Shown piece after piece: positions 51,546-64,000 of a stretch of DNA of 64,000 nt; within the stretch, counting starts at the first letter, position 1; every line of letters starts with the position of its first letter. The position numbers were made by a program, and so were the translations under genes. This stretch comes from Camelus dromedarius. Lineage: Eukaryota. Where the stretch lies: assembly GCF_036321535.1 (NCBI RefSeq), contig NC_087437.1, positions 20,400,001 through 20,464,000 of the forward strand, read 5' to 3'. Below the pieces are notes generated by a model. That model ran no database searches and had not been told where the DNA came from. It worked only from the letters and a program-made list of their open reading frames with translations.

Positions 51546-54011
51546 TAAGAAATAGATGTCATTACAGCCCATGAAAATAGTCAGCACTGCCTCCCCATGT
51601 GAAGAACACACCTGTCCTTTCTCCCTTTTCCATCAGCCCCAGTGCTAGGTCCCTGGAAGGCAGACAGCGGTGGGGAGACACAGTAGATAACAGGGAGCCC
51701 ACCCTTGTCCCTACAGGAGGGGTCAGCATCCCATCAGTCTGACACCCCCAGCAACTGTCAGCCTGAAATGATGTTGTGCTGGCTCCCTCAAAACCACTGC
51801 CGCAGTTCTCTTCATTAACCTCCTGCCCTGATAATCGCATAAGGGGATGATCTCAAAGCAAACCCTCAGAGCCTTCCTGGACTCCCAAAGGCAACAGAGG
51901 ACTCTGAAGGCCATGCTCAGCTAAATGTTTTTGCTTCTTGCCTCTTTCCTCTTTAATTACAGCATAATTTGCATTTATATGATTTCATTCTGCCATTTTG
52001 TGGGCAGCGCTGATGATGACCGACACGCCATAGTTTCCCATCATAGTTGGAGAGTCAGGAGGGCAGCCACTGTCTCCGATAAAATCCTTTCCAATTAAAC
52101 AGTTCATTGGACACGTCATGGTTTGGGGTTCTTGTTATCCTCTGATGTGCAAGTCTCATGGATATTTCTTTACACCCATCATTGTAATAAGGTCTTAAGG
52201 CAGAAGATTCTTGGAGAATTATGCTCCCCCACTGAGTGACTGTAATGACATTGACTTGAAAGTGAGCCTCCTTAGATGTGCACAAGAAATAGAGCTATTC
52301 TATTAATGGGGTCATTCTGGATTTACTTTCCCAGATCTGGTGTCCAAATAGTATCAGGTGTTCCATGCCAAAGGTGATGACAAAATAAGGTCGGACCACC
52401 AACCAAGTGTCTACTGAGGGCAAATGCGCCTGAAGTTTTCTCTAATCACCACTCCAGCTGGAGGTCTCTGCTCTAGACGGTGGCTCACCTGGCTAATGTG
52501 ATTCACACCTAGCCACCACCTGGTCAGCTCACTTGAAATACAAGTTCAACAACTGTTTATTTACAACCAAAATACCAGGAAGGGAATTCACCAAGATACC
52601 AATCATGGTTATCTTGGGGTGGTCCAATTACTCGTGCATTTTTATGTCCTTCTTTTTGTGCATTCCAAGTTGTGCTTTTTTTTTTTAACCGTTCAGCACA
52701 TTTTATTTTTATAATAAAATATTTTAGAGTAATACTTATAGCTATAAAATGAGGAAAGCTACAGGTTCAAAATGTTGTTTATTTACAACAAATTCTATAG
52801 CCACAACCATGACAAACAGAAAGGGAAATAAACACTGAGAGGCCCCATGGTCTTGGTGTTGATTTTGGCTTTGACTCAGGACACCCTAGACCACTACAAG
52901 AAGCCCCCTCCCAGTACTGGCCCCCTGGTTGGCACTCTGGCTTTTATTTGGGGGTAAAGGTGGGATTTAATCTATAGGTAAGACTGTGCCAAATGGCTTG
53001 AGCCATGCTGTCCAGGGACCCTAATTAGTAAGCTGCTTAGTCTAGTCAGAAAAAAAGGCATGGATACAGTTTTTCTTAACTTCCTCCTCCAAACACTCAT
53101 TATGGCTCTTCCTTAAGCTTGAGACCTCAGTGAAAAAGATTACCACAAGAAAGCGTTGCCTCATTAGGGACCCCAGGGAAAGGATGAAAGTTTGTGAGGC
53201 TTAGATATGTCTAATGCTTTAGGGTCCACCAACCCTGAGGATGCCCCTCTCCCTGGACTAAATGGTACTTCAATTATTTTTAATTAGGATAAAATGAAAG
53301 TTTTCAAAACCCTAGGTGACAGAGATTGGCCAAGGGGTCTCACATGCCTATTAAATCTGTCAAAAACAAAATCCAAGCAATATCTTGCAATAAGATTGCA
53401 TTCTGCACAAACATTTCCCTAACTAGCAGAGTATTCCCTTATGTAAAAGTCTTTGACTCCAGCTCTGACATTTCTCCCTCACTGACTGAAGCCAGTAAAA
53501 AAGGGATTGCCTGCAACTTACAGCTGAATCCCCACAGGCCCAAGCAAACTGTCTCAGGAAAAGGCAGACTTGAATGTTATGATTCTGTGTATTAGTTGGG
53601 GGAAGGGCAAAAATTGTGGGTTCAAGGCAAACTCCAATTGCAACTTCCTTTTGCCTTATTTGGGAGTCAAAAAAAACACATTTCTCTTTAATATTTTTCT
53701 TTATTTCTGTCAAGGAGCAGAAGTCAAACACAAATTCCTTTCAATTAAAACTACATGAGTATCAAAAGATTAAATAAATAAGATTGCTAAACAAAGGCGC
53801 TTTAAACAGGAAAATGAGAATAATGTTCTCCCTCCCCAGTGTGGATATGCAGCAAACCCTCCAAGCTAGAGTCCAATGGTTTTGACCTATCTTACTTAAG
53901 GACAAGAATTTAAAATTATTCATGCTACCTGCTCTTATAAAAAGGAAATATCATATATGCCCATACCAGAAGTTTCAGGACCTATTCAGAGGGATACAGC
54001 TAAAGACCCCA

Positions 54012-55657
54012 TAAAACTAGAACAAATAATCCTAAAATTTGTACAGACCCACAGAAGACTCTATCTAGCCAAAGCAATCTTGAAAAAGAAGAACAAGCTG
54101 GAAGTATCATTTCCAACTACACTACAAAGCTACAGTAATCAAAACAGTATGCTATTGGCACAAAAACAGACACACAGATTAATGGAATACAATAGAAAGC
54201 CCAAAAATAAACCCACACTTATATAGTCAATTACTCTTCAACAAAGGAGGCAAGAATATACAATGGGGAAAAGATAGCCTCTTTAATAAATGATACTAAG
54301 AAAACTGGACAGCTACATGCAGAAGAATCAAACTAGAGCATTTTCTTACATAATAGACAAAAATAAACTCAAAATAGATTAGACTTAAATGTAAGACCTG
54401 AAACCATAAAACTCCTAGAAAAAAACAGGCAGTACACTCTTTGATATCATTCTTGGCAATATTTTGGGGGGATCTGTCTCTTCAGGCAAGGGCAATGAAA
54501 GCAAAAATAAACAAATGAGACTACATCAAACTAAAAACTCTTGCACAGCAAAGGAAACCATCAACAAAACAAAAAGGCAACTTACTGAATGGGAGAAAAT
54601 ATTTGCAAATGATATATTTGATAAGGGGTTAATATGCAAATTATATAAAGAAATCACACAATTTAATATCAAAAAAAAAACACTAACAATCCAATTAAAA
54701 AATAAGCAGGAGACATAAATAGACATTTCTCCAAAGAAGAAATGCAGATGGCCAACAGACATATAAAAAGATGCCCAACATCAATAATCACCAGAGAAAT
54801 GCAAATCAAACCACAATGATATATAACCTCACACCTGTCAGAATATCTATCACCCAAAAGATAAGAAAAAACAAGTGTTAGCAAGGATGTAGAGAAAAGA
54901 GAACCCTCATGCTCTGTTGGTGGGAGAGCAAATTGGTGTAGCTACTATGGAAAACAGTATGAAGTTTCCTCAAAAATTTAAAAATAGAACTTCCAAACAA
55001 TCCAGGAATTCCACCTCTGGGTAGTTACTAAAAAGAAAAAAAAAAAACCACTAATTTGAAAACATATATGAACCCCTATGTTCACTGCAGCATTATTTAC
55101 AATAGCCAAGAGATGGAAGCAACCTAAGTGTCCACCAACAGTGAATGGATAAAAAAGATGTGGTATATATATACAATGGAACATTACTCAATCATAAAAA
55201 ATAATGAAATCTTGCCATTTAGGGCACATGGATTGACCTAGAGGGTACTATGCTAAGTGAAATAAGTAATACAGAAAGATAAATATCATATGATCTCACT
55301 TACATGTGGAATATAAAAAACAAAAACACAAACAAAACAAAACAGAAACAGACTCATAGATACAGAGAGCAAACTGGTCATTGCCAGAAAGGAGAGAGGT
55401 GAGGGGTTGGATGAAATAGGTGAAGAGGATTAAGAAGAGGTACAAACCACCAGTTATGGAATAAATAAGTTATGGGGATGAAATATATAGCATAAGAAAT
55501 ATTGTCAGTAATGCTGTAATAATTTGGATGGGGACAGATGGTTACTGGACTTGTCATGGTGATTATTTTATAATGCATTTGATTGTCAGGTCACTATATT
55601 GTACACTTGAAAATAACATACATCATCTATACTTCAATAAAAATAAATAAAATAAAA
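54012..55657 (+). mobile_element. 5'-truncated L1: decayed ORF2 C-terminal region, 3' UTR and A tail
   Basis: Translates in pieces to ORF2-like peptides (LEQIILKFV..., [30 protein letters not shown]) broken by frameshifts and stops. Ends tatacttcaataaaaataaataaaataaaa. Confidence 0.93.
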
Positions 55658-55859
55658 TACCTACTTCGGCAGGGAAAAAAATAAAAAGAAAGTCACTTCT
55701 AGCCTTCTGTGGAAATCAGTCCCCTCTATTTCTCTGTGACACACTCTCTCTAGGTCCCTCTCACTAGCTTGTTCTGTTCACTAGCTCAGAATCACAAATA
55801 AAGACACTCAACTCTTGGGCAGCATACTCCAATGCCCTAGCAATATCTCTAAAGACACA

Positions 55860-57080
55860 ACTGCCTGGAAATTCCAGTGCCAGCCAATATGAATTAAGTC
55901 CACCCCAACCTTCTCTCCCACTGGTTACAACTAAAAATTCAGACAAAGTATAAAAGGCAACTACTCGCAGACCCTGAAAAGTTAACAAAGTAAGTAGATT
56001 AGGGAAGGGAATCAACACCTAAACAGTGATCCATATCAAGGGAAGAGTTCTCTAGTTTTTCCCTCTTTTATCTTCTGACTTTGACCAGAAGGCAGTGCCA
56101 CTGCAGAGCTTTGCAGCAGACAGGGATCCTAAAACACATGAGAGAAAACCAGAGCAGAGAGCCTGGGAAAGGGGCTCCTGGGAGCTAAAAGAGTGTGGAG
56201 GAAATTTTAGAGAGGAGAGGGCTGGAGAGGGGATTCCTTTATTCCATCACAAGCCCCACGATCACCTCTAAGTTGCCCATGCACAAGATCAACCCAAGGC
56301 GTCAGAGCCAAGACTGAAATCTGAACTACAATATCATAGACTGCCCATGCCCCATATCAGGACATGTGTGGAACAGATCCAAAGCAGCATAACAAAGACT
56401 TTGAAACTCAGATTAACACTGGAACCACTGCCACAGACAGAAGAAAAAACTTGAAGTGTGAACCCAATCAGATTGCCTGCTAAAACTATAAAATCAACAT
56501 TCTGCAGAGAATTTAACAGGACCCAAAGATTTACAACATAATGTTTCAAAGTACTCAGCACACAAAAAATCAGGGCAATGTGACCAATTCTTAAGAGAAA
56601 ATACAATCAACAGATGTCAATTCTGAGATGATCCAGATGTTGGAATCATCAGACAAATACTTCAAAAGAACTAAAATAAACATGCACCATGAGGTAAAGG
56701 TAAACACTCTAGAAATAAATGGAAAGGTAGACATCATCAGCAGAAAAATAAAAACTATTTTTATAATGAAAATTTGAGAACAAAAAAGGAGAATACGAAT
56801 ATGTGAAATTTAGAGGTCAATGAATGAGCTCAAAAGCCAAATAGAGATGACAGGGGAAAGAGTCAGCAAACTTAAACACAGATCAGGAGAAATTATCTGA
56901 CCCAAACAACGAAGGAAATAAAAGATTTTTAAAATGAGTACAGCCTCAAGAACCCATGGAAAAACACCAGAAGGTCTAACATTTGTGACACTGGAGTGCC
57001 AGAATTAGAAGAGACTGGTGCAGAAAAAAAATATTTAAAGAAATAGTGACCTAAAATGTACTCAATTTTGTGAAAGACGT
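55860..57080 (+). mobile_element. Ancient L1 5' region/ORF1 remnant
   Basis: ORF1-like cagcctcaagaacccatggaaaaacaccagaaggtctaacatttgtgacactggagtgccagaa...aaaatatttaaagaaatagtg. Confidence 0.65.
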
Positions 57081-57169
57081 GGGAATGAATGGGCACAGAA
57101 TGGAAAGATATTCTTGGTGAATGCTCACCCAAGGACATCTCCTACAGGGGAGATTCTTCATTCACAACA

Positions 57170-57502
57170 TGGACAAGAAATGTTCCGTGCCTATCAGTCA
57201 CCACAATGTTTGCTCTACAGATGATGTACGAAGTGGGCGTGTTGGAAGGGATGACAGCTATACACAGGCTCAACAACACGAACTTCCCCTCACTAAGGCT
57301 CACCAAGCTACGGCTACCACTGCAAGTCTAACTCACCAACAGCGGAGCCCAACCCCAAGCCCCTAGTGTGGCACAATTCCCTAAGGGGATTAGACAGCCA
57401 CCTAGTGGCAAGTTCATTACATTGCACCCATTTCGTCATGGAGCAGGTAGCAACATGTTCTCGCTGGACTAGATATGTATTTTGGATATGAATTTGTCCC
57501 CT
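57170..57502 (+). mobile_element. ERVL internal pol (integrase) remnant, degenerate
   Basis: Translation SGRVGRDDSYTQAQQHELPLTKAHQATAT...QQRSPTPSP*...GTIP...AT*WQVHYIAP parallels the recalled HERVL/MERVL integrase N-terminus (GHGGRDGGYAWAQQHGLPLTKADLATA...WQVDYIGPLP). Confidence 0.85.
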
Positions 57503-57554
57503 CTAACTGAAAGTTTAGCAGTTTCTTAAAAAACAAAACATGCTCTTACCATAC

Positions 57555-57990
57555 AAAAGCCAATCCAGAATGGCTACATACTGTATGATTCCAACTATAT
57601 GACATTCTGGAAAAGGCCAATCTATGGAGACAGTAAAAAGATCAGTGTTTGCCAGGGGTTAGAGGGGAGTGGCAGATGAATACGCAGAGTACAGAGGATT
57701 TAAGGAGAATGAAACTACCCTGTATGATACTATAATGGTGGAAAGATGTTATTATACATTTATCCAAACCCAGAGAATATACAACACCAAGAGTGAACCC
57801 CCACGTAAACTATGGACCATGGGTGATTAAGATGTGTCAACACAAGTTCATCAGTTGTAACAAAGTACCACTCTGTGGGGGATGTTGTGGGAGAATATCC
57901 TTGTGTGAGGTCAGGGAGTATATGAGAAATCTCTTACCTTCCACTCAATTTTGCTGTGAACCTACAATTGCTTTAAAAAATAAAGTCCTT
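57555..57990 (+). mobile_element. L1MC-like 3' end
   Basis: ggctacatactgtatgattccaactatatgacattctggaaaagg...acaacaccaagagtgaacccc...aattttgctgtgaacct. Confidence 0.8.
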
Positions 57991-58004
57991 TTTTTTTAAG
58001 CACC

Positions 58005-58345
58005 CCCAAAAGGTTACATACTATTGTATAAATAATTCCATTAATACAACATTCTGAAAACAACAATATTATACATATGGAAAACAGATTAGTGGTTGCT
58101 AGGGGTTAAAATGGGGGTGGCGGTGAGAGGGAAGGGGGTGTGGCTAGCAAAGGCAACAGGAGAGACTACCATCCTGTGATGACTATTAATGTCACTATCC
58201 TGTTGGTGATGGTGTACTATATTTTTGTAAGATGTGACCACTGGGGGAAACTGGGTAAAAGGCACACAGGCTCTCTCTGTACTATTTCTTACAACTGCAT
58301 GTGGCTCTACAATTATCTCAAAAGTAAAAGTGTAATTTTTTTTAA
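58005..58345 (+). mobile_element. L1MD-like 3' end
   Basis: aacagattagtggttgctaggggtta...ctgggggaaactgggtaaaagg...ctctctgtactatttcttacaactgcatgtg. Confidence 0.75.
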
Positions 58346-58349
58346 AAAG

Positions 58350-58695
58350 GAATGGACTGCTAATACACTCAACAACATGAATGATTCTCAAAACACTATG
58401 CTGAGTGAAAGAAGCCAAACACAAAAGAACACATACTACCTGATTCCATTTTTGTAAAATACAAACTATTCTCTAAGTGACCAAAAAAAAAAAAAAAAAA
58501 AAAAAGATCAGTGATTGCATGAGGCCAGGGATAAAGGGGGATGGATGCAAAGAGGCAGGAATATGATGAAAATGCTTTTTGTCTTGATTACGATAGTGGT
58601 TTTATGAATGTAAATAACGAATAAAACTCACTGAATCATACACTTTCAATGAATGTGGTTTATCTTAAATAAATTATTTCACAATAAAGTTGAGA
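58350..58695 (+). mobile_element. L1ME-like 3' end
   Basis: aacaacatgaatgattctcaaaacactatgctgagtgaaagaagccaaacacaaaag...aaaactcactgaatcatacactt. Confidence 0.75.
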
Positions 58696-59364
58696 AGAAA
58701 TAGAACTAAATCGATGGTCCAGAAACCAGGGTCTACAGGTCCTGACATTATAGCTGTGAAAACCTCAGCCAGGCCAGGGAGGACTCACCAAGGTTCTGAG
58801 GAAATTTAAGAGCTAATCTAGCAATTAATCAACAAACATCTCCTTATTCCCTTTATATATGAAAAGCATACATGGAGTTCTGCACAGAAAAGCACAGTCC
58901 TTGAACCCGCAGAGATGACCACCTGGTTGGAGAGACGTGGCGCACGTGAGGAATGGAGACAGCCGTGCAGGGTACAACTGTGCATCCAAAGCAAGTCCAG
59001 GAGGAGGACCAGCAGGAGCAGCCACTGCAGACACAGGCCCAGGGAGGATGGGAGATGTGAGCCAGAGATAGGAAAGGACAAAGTGAACATTCTTCCTTCC
59101 ATTAACCAGTGGCATCACCACATGTGCCCTCACTCACCTCCACTTGAAATATCAGTCACGTGTGCCCCCTCCTTCCCCTCCTTACCCAGGCAGACATGGG
59201 ATCCTGGTAGACCTTCCACCCTGACGTCTCTGGCATCCCTCTCTTCCTCTCTCATTTCATTGCACTTTACCTTGTCAGGATCTTATCAACTTATGCCTGA
59301 ACCATTGCAGAGCCTCCTGCCCCATGTCCCAGCACTAGGTTTTCACAGCCCTGTGCACAATGAC

Positions 59365-59770
59365 TGCATAGGTCGGGTTCCCCAGCAAAGCCTAAGATGG
59401 AGATTCTTGTTCTAGTGATATATTGGGGGAATGCTCTCAAAGAACAGAGCTGGGGAAAGCAGGATGAGGCAGAGGGAGGAACTGAGTAGGGATGTGGTCT
59501 AAGCTTGAGACTTCAGATAAGTTCAGGGCCACTAGTTGTACCACAGCTGGTCCCACCCTGGGGCAAAGTGGACTGCCTCCTGTGACTGTCAGCCATTGAC
59601 TTGGGGGGTTGGGGAGGGCATGTGGTTTTTCAGGCACAGTGGCTTAATTTGGACAAGGACAGCTCTTTAGAAAAAGGGGACAGCCGTGAGCTATTAGTAG
59701 CAAACACTCAGAAACTGGGAGATGGCACCAACATGAAAAAGATTTGGGCTAGGCAGCAACAGCGTCCACA
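59365..59770 (-). mobile_element. ERVL-class solo LTR (LTR16/LTR33-like)
   Basis: tgcataggtcgggttccccagcaaagcctaagatggagattc...tattgggggaatgctctc. Confidence 0.5.
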
Positions 59771-62700
59771 ACCATGACCTTCAATGACTTTCCCAACAAA
59801 CTCATCTGCTTTCAATCATTTTGCATGATTCCACCTGTGCTAGGCTGGGGTAGGGGCACAGAGCTCAAACTCTCCATCTTCTTGTGAGACCACCACAGCC
59901 TAGTCTAAATCAAATCAACCTTCCTGATTCCCCCCTCTCTCTCCCCTCCCCCTCCCTCTTCGCCCTGCTCTCCCTCTCCCCCTCCTTCTCTCTCTCATCC
60001 ACAGAGGTGAAGGAGGCTAGTGAACAGAAGCAATCATCCAGATAATTGCATTTCCTAATCTGTTCATTTTACAGCGATCCAAACTGCCTGTAAGTGTTGA
60101 TCAAACCAAGCTATGAGTGCATCCCCTTCTCTGTCACTTGGCTCTGAAGATGCTGTCACTGAAGCCCTGTTTTCTTGCCTCCAGCCTACAGGGCTCAGAG
60201 AAGGTGGCCTGACACATGGATGGACCATGAGGCTGCCAGGCGTGACACTGCAGCCCGATGCTCTTGATTCCACATGTCTAATTGGGCTTCATCGCCACCA
60301 CAGCCTTCTCGGGAGGAGCTGATGCAGTCAGATGGAGTCAGAAGGTGCTGTCTGCTCCTGTCCCTGGGGCTCGGGACCATATCAACATGCTGAACCCAGA
60401 CCAAGGCCACAGCCTAACACAGGGATATCAGGCTGGAAGCAGAGACAGTGTCACCATTTAAAGATGGCAACAAGATGCAGAAAAATGCCAGTGCCCTGCA
60501 TCAGGGGATAGACCTGTCCCCTAGGGGCTGAGCGCTGACCACTCAGCCAAGCACCTTTGGATGGGGCCTACCCAGCACTACCCAGACTGTAACCATCGCG
60601 GCTCCCCTTCCACAAAGTGTAGATCGTGCATCCTTCCGCCACACCGTGCGGTCGGTACCGTCCTCTCCTTCCCACAGCGTGGGCACCTGCCCGAGGCTAC
60701 CTGCTACCCTCGTAGGACCCGAGATTCACATTCAAACATATTTTCCTCTCCTAACCATTCTACTCCAGAGAAAAGAAAATATGACTGAAGAGGAAACAAA
60801 GACTCAGGCAAGAAAGGACAGGTTCAGGTGATTTTTCTTAGCCCGGGTAAGAAGGAGACGTTAAAACCGGGTTCTAATGGTCCCCATCAGTGCCTTTTCC
60901 AAGTTGTTCTCCATGAAGTTGGGGGGCGGGGGTGGTTCTCTTTGTACAGCTTTGGGGTCCAAGGAAGGAAGCCTCGGATGGGGCTCCCGACAGGACGAGA
61001 GAAAAGGCGCAAAGTGTGGAATGAACCTGTCGGGGTTGCCACGGGATGGAAGATGAGAGCCAAGCGGGGGGAGCAGCAGGGCAGGAGGAATGTGGGGCGC
61101 GCCAGACAGGAAGGGGTGTGGAGGGAAGAGCAGAGTCTTTGATGGGATTGGGCAGGGGCTTTGTAAGTGGAGATAACTGACCACTGCTCCTTTCCCAGCA
61201 CCGAGCCCAGCACCTAGCATACAGAAGACAGTACATGAATAAATGAGTAAACAAAGGGAAGATTTTGAGATACAGATAAAGGTTTGGCTGCCGAAAGCTG
61301 TCCTGCTGAGGGCCAAGCCCATTTACCACATCACTTACCGGAGAAAATGCTTCTCCAGACAAGGCAGAAGCAGGGCTGTCGCTCCCCTGAACCAGCAGGC
61401 CTGCCCTGCAAGCCAGGGCTGGAGCCAGCTGCTTGCTCAGGAGTCCTGTGGGCTGCCTTGTGCCGCCCTTAATGAGATGTGACTGCTGAAGGGAAGCAGC
61501 TAATTGCATGATGTTTTATTAATCCTTTCTCCATGAAATAGTAATTAGGAGCTTTCACAAATACAAAGACCTGTCTGCTTTTTAATGGCTCAGGTTTGCG
61601 GTCTCTCTGGATGAATGTGTGAGAGTTTCCTGTTGAGGGACGATGGTGACAAGCAGGAGGCCAGATCCTGTGGCATGAGCACAGCTGACAGCCCCAAACA
61701 CCTGGGGGTGTCAAAAATGCCTTCCTCGGTGAGCTGCTCTGCCCAGCAGCCAGGACTCTGCCCACGGGGAACCAGGAGGCAGGGAGCATCACTACTCGGT
61801 ACAACGCAGTGACTTAGGCTATGGAGAGACTTACGTCCAAATATCCAGCCCACTGTGGGCCACCTGCAAGAGAAAGCCATCAGCGCGGACATGGTGAGGA
61901 CTGTATTGTGAGACTCACCTCTTCCTTCCCCTCTTTTCCCTGCGAGGGGCTCATCTGGGACAAAAAGCTTCCAAAGAGAAGCACAAGCCTTAAGTCAGAA
62001 GGGTTGATCGAATTTCAAGAGTGGTGGTTCCCGGAAGCAGAGGGGAGAGACTGGCTTCCAGGCATGGAGGGGGACAGGTGGAGTTTTATGAGGAGCCTCA
62101 GCCCACTTCCCACCTAGTCCTGGGCCGCTGCTGTGGGATGCCCAATGGCCTGACATCAGACCCAAGTACCATATCCCCTCGAAGGGTTTCTGCATGAGTG
62201 GGAGAAGCGAGAATGGCCACTCCCCTAAAGCACCCCCACAGCCAGGACCCAGCACCAGACACAGATGATCCACAGGAATAGGTGGTTTCAGGGCCACGTG
62301 AGAGGATGCCCAGCCTGGAGAAAGGCTGTCTGTCGAACGAGGAGGAGCAGAGATCCCCAGCCCGGAGAAAGGGTCGCTGGGATATACCTCCAGGAGCCAA
62401 AGGGAGGTGAGCCTGCCCCTCTGTCATGTTCCCAAGAGATGGAGGGGCCACGGTGAACACTGCCTCAAAACCCCACACAGCATCATCATGGAGAAACCAG
62501 CAAAGGCCCCCAGTGATGGCTGGAGCCCACCTGAAGCGGAGTACGTCTGTGACCCTGCGCCTCCTCTGGAGGAAGCGAAGGAGAGAGCCTTCACTTCACC
62601 TCAACTCCCTGTCTCCAGACTCCTGATGAGATGCACTTGCAGGAAAAGGGGGTAACCTCAGGACCAGACCTCACACCTTCTCCCCAATCTAAGAAGGCAG

Positions 62701-62904
62701 AGCCACAGCTCTAGCCTACATTGGAGAGAGAGAAGAATTTGTCCTGAAAGTTTGAGTCCAACAAATTCTTAAGTTTTTTAAATAATGAATAGGAGGAAAA
62801 GCTTTGACTTTCAGAATGAGTAGAACCTGCAAGTGTTGCAGAGTGTTAGAATAAGACAAAGACCATGTTTCCAGAACCACAAAGGGGCAAGGGGCATTCC
62901 ATAA

Positions 62905-63068
62905 AGTAGATTTCTTTGACACTCCAAGTGTGGTCCACAGACTGGCAGCATTGGCTTGTCAGGAAAGCAGAATTTCTGCTCTTAGCCCAAACCTGCTAAA
63001 CCAGAGTCTGCATTTTACATGAGCCTCAGGTGATTCATATGCATGTTAAACTTTGAGAATCACAGGTA
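62905..63068. mobile_element. MER5A-like hAT element
   Basis: caagtgtggtccacagactggcagcatt...agagtctgcattttac...caggtgattcatatgcatgttaaactttgagaatcac. Confidence 0.8.
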
Positions 63069-63879
63069 TAGTTGGATGAAATAAAACACTTAATGTTTAT
63101 ATCTCAGTGAATCGAGATTTCTCAATCAATTAGTTACATTAGACAGGCTCTGTTTCTGTTGTTTGCATCAAAACCTAAAACTGATGATGAAATCATCACT
63201 CTGAATAACACGCCTCTCGGCATCAGCCCTTCTCAAAGTGGTAAGGGGAAAAAGTTGGTCTTAGGGAATACTGAGTCTGTCCTTGAGCCTTCCTGATGCC
63301 CAGTGCTTTCCCCAGTCGCTCCCCACCATGTTGCACGTCCTGCACCACACCCACCCAGAACCAGCACGTGGCCACAAGGACATACTCTGCACACTCGGGG
63401 TACCATGGTATGAATCAACATGGCGGCCCAGCTCGCCCTAACGCTGACCTTTGTAAAAAACAAAAGTAAAATTATTATCAGAATTAGAGCACAAAACTGC
63501 ATTTCTCAGGGCAGATTTTTCTCCCCTTCACAACTGTAGCCATCCAACCTCCCTTCCCAGCACCCCCAAGGGTGTCTCACACGGGCACGTGAATGTCTCC
63601 TCAGTCACCCTTCAGAGCCCACCATGTGCTCCTGTCTCCTCAGGTTCCCTGTGATGCTCCCTGCAGACACAGGGCACAGCAGTCCTGTGTGCTCAGTGGA
63701 GCTGCACTGGGGGTTTTGACTGAGGGTACCTTCCCCCTGAAACCTGGGCACAAGCATGCATGTGGAGAGGTGGAGGACAAGCTAAATTGTCCTAGGGGTT
63801 CTCCAATCACTCTCTCCAAACTTCTTTTCAAAGGATGTATTGTTTTCCATACAAATGGAAAACATGTATAGAGAGTTAG

Positions 63880-64000
63880 TTCATGTCTGTCTCCCCCACA
63901 GGACAGTATCTCCATGGGGGCGTCTGGCCCTCCTTGGTTCACCATTGTTATTCAGCACCAACCACATCACCTGAAGCAGGTGTTCAACTAATGCTTGGTA
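63880..64000 (+). mobile_element. L2 3' terminus
   Basis: tgtctgtctcccccaca...ctccatgggggc...ttggttcaccattg...caggtgttcaactaatgcttg. Confidence 0.6.

Noticed and set aside
60874..61509. 211-aa ORF (- strand) and overlapping ORFs
   Set aside because: Pro/Ser/Leu/Gly-rich translation with no family resemblance, and overlapping ORFs in several frames, which indicates chance openness.
1..64000. Inferring a host gene's strand from repeat orientation bias
   Set aside because: Young L1s are mostly on + while MaLR LTRs are mostly on -, so the signals conflict and the counts are small.

Overview
Mammalian nuclear DNA, most likely camelid (camel/llama/alpaca), judged from four copies of a tRNA-derived SINE resembling camelid vic-1 and several lineage-type L1 3' ends. 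I found no recognisable protein-coding gene, functional RNA gene or CRISPR array. The supplied ORFs appear spurious, except where they overlap decayed L1 ORF2 or an ERVL integrase remnant. The window looks intergenic or deep-intronic. Much of it is interspersed repeat (MIR, L2, MLT1/MLT2 and other ERVL-class solo LTRs, hAT MER elements, old and young L1), separated by unique segments; several of these are AT-rich and dense in homeodomain/PBX/TCF/octamer motifs and may be enhancers. The most notable structures are retrotransposition oddities: an L1 tail flanked by a ~125-bp direct repeat, two different L1 tails starting at the same nucleotide, a TSD-bounded L1/unknown chimera, SINEs with captured 3' sequence, and a three-level nested insertion. 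There is also one candidate 15-nt microexon. Repeat subfamily names come from recalled consensus similarity, not a database search. Boundaries without TSDs are approximate.
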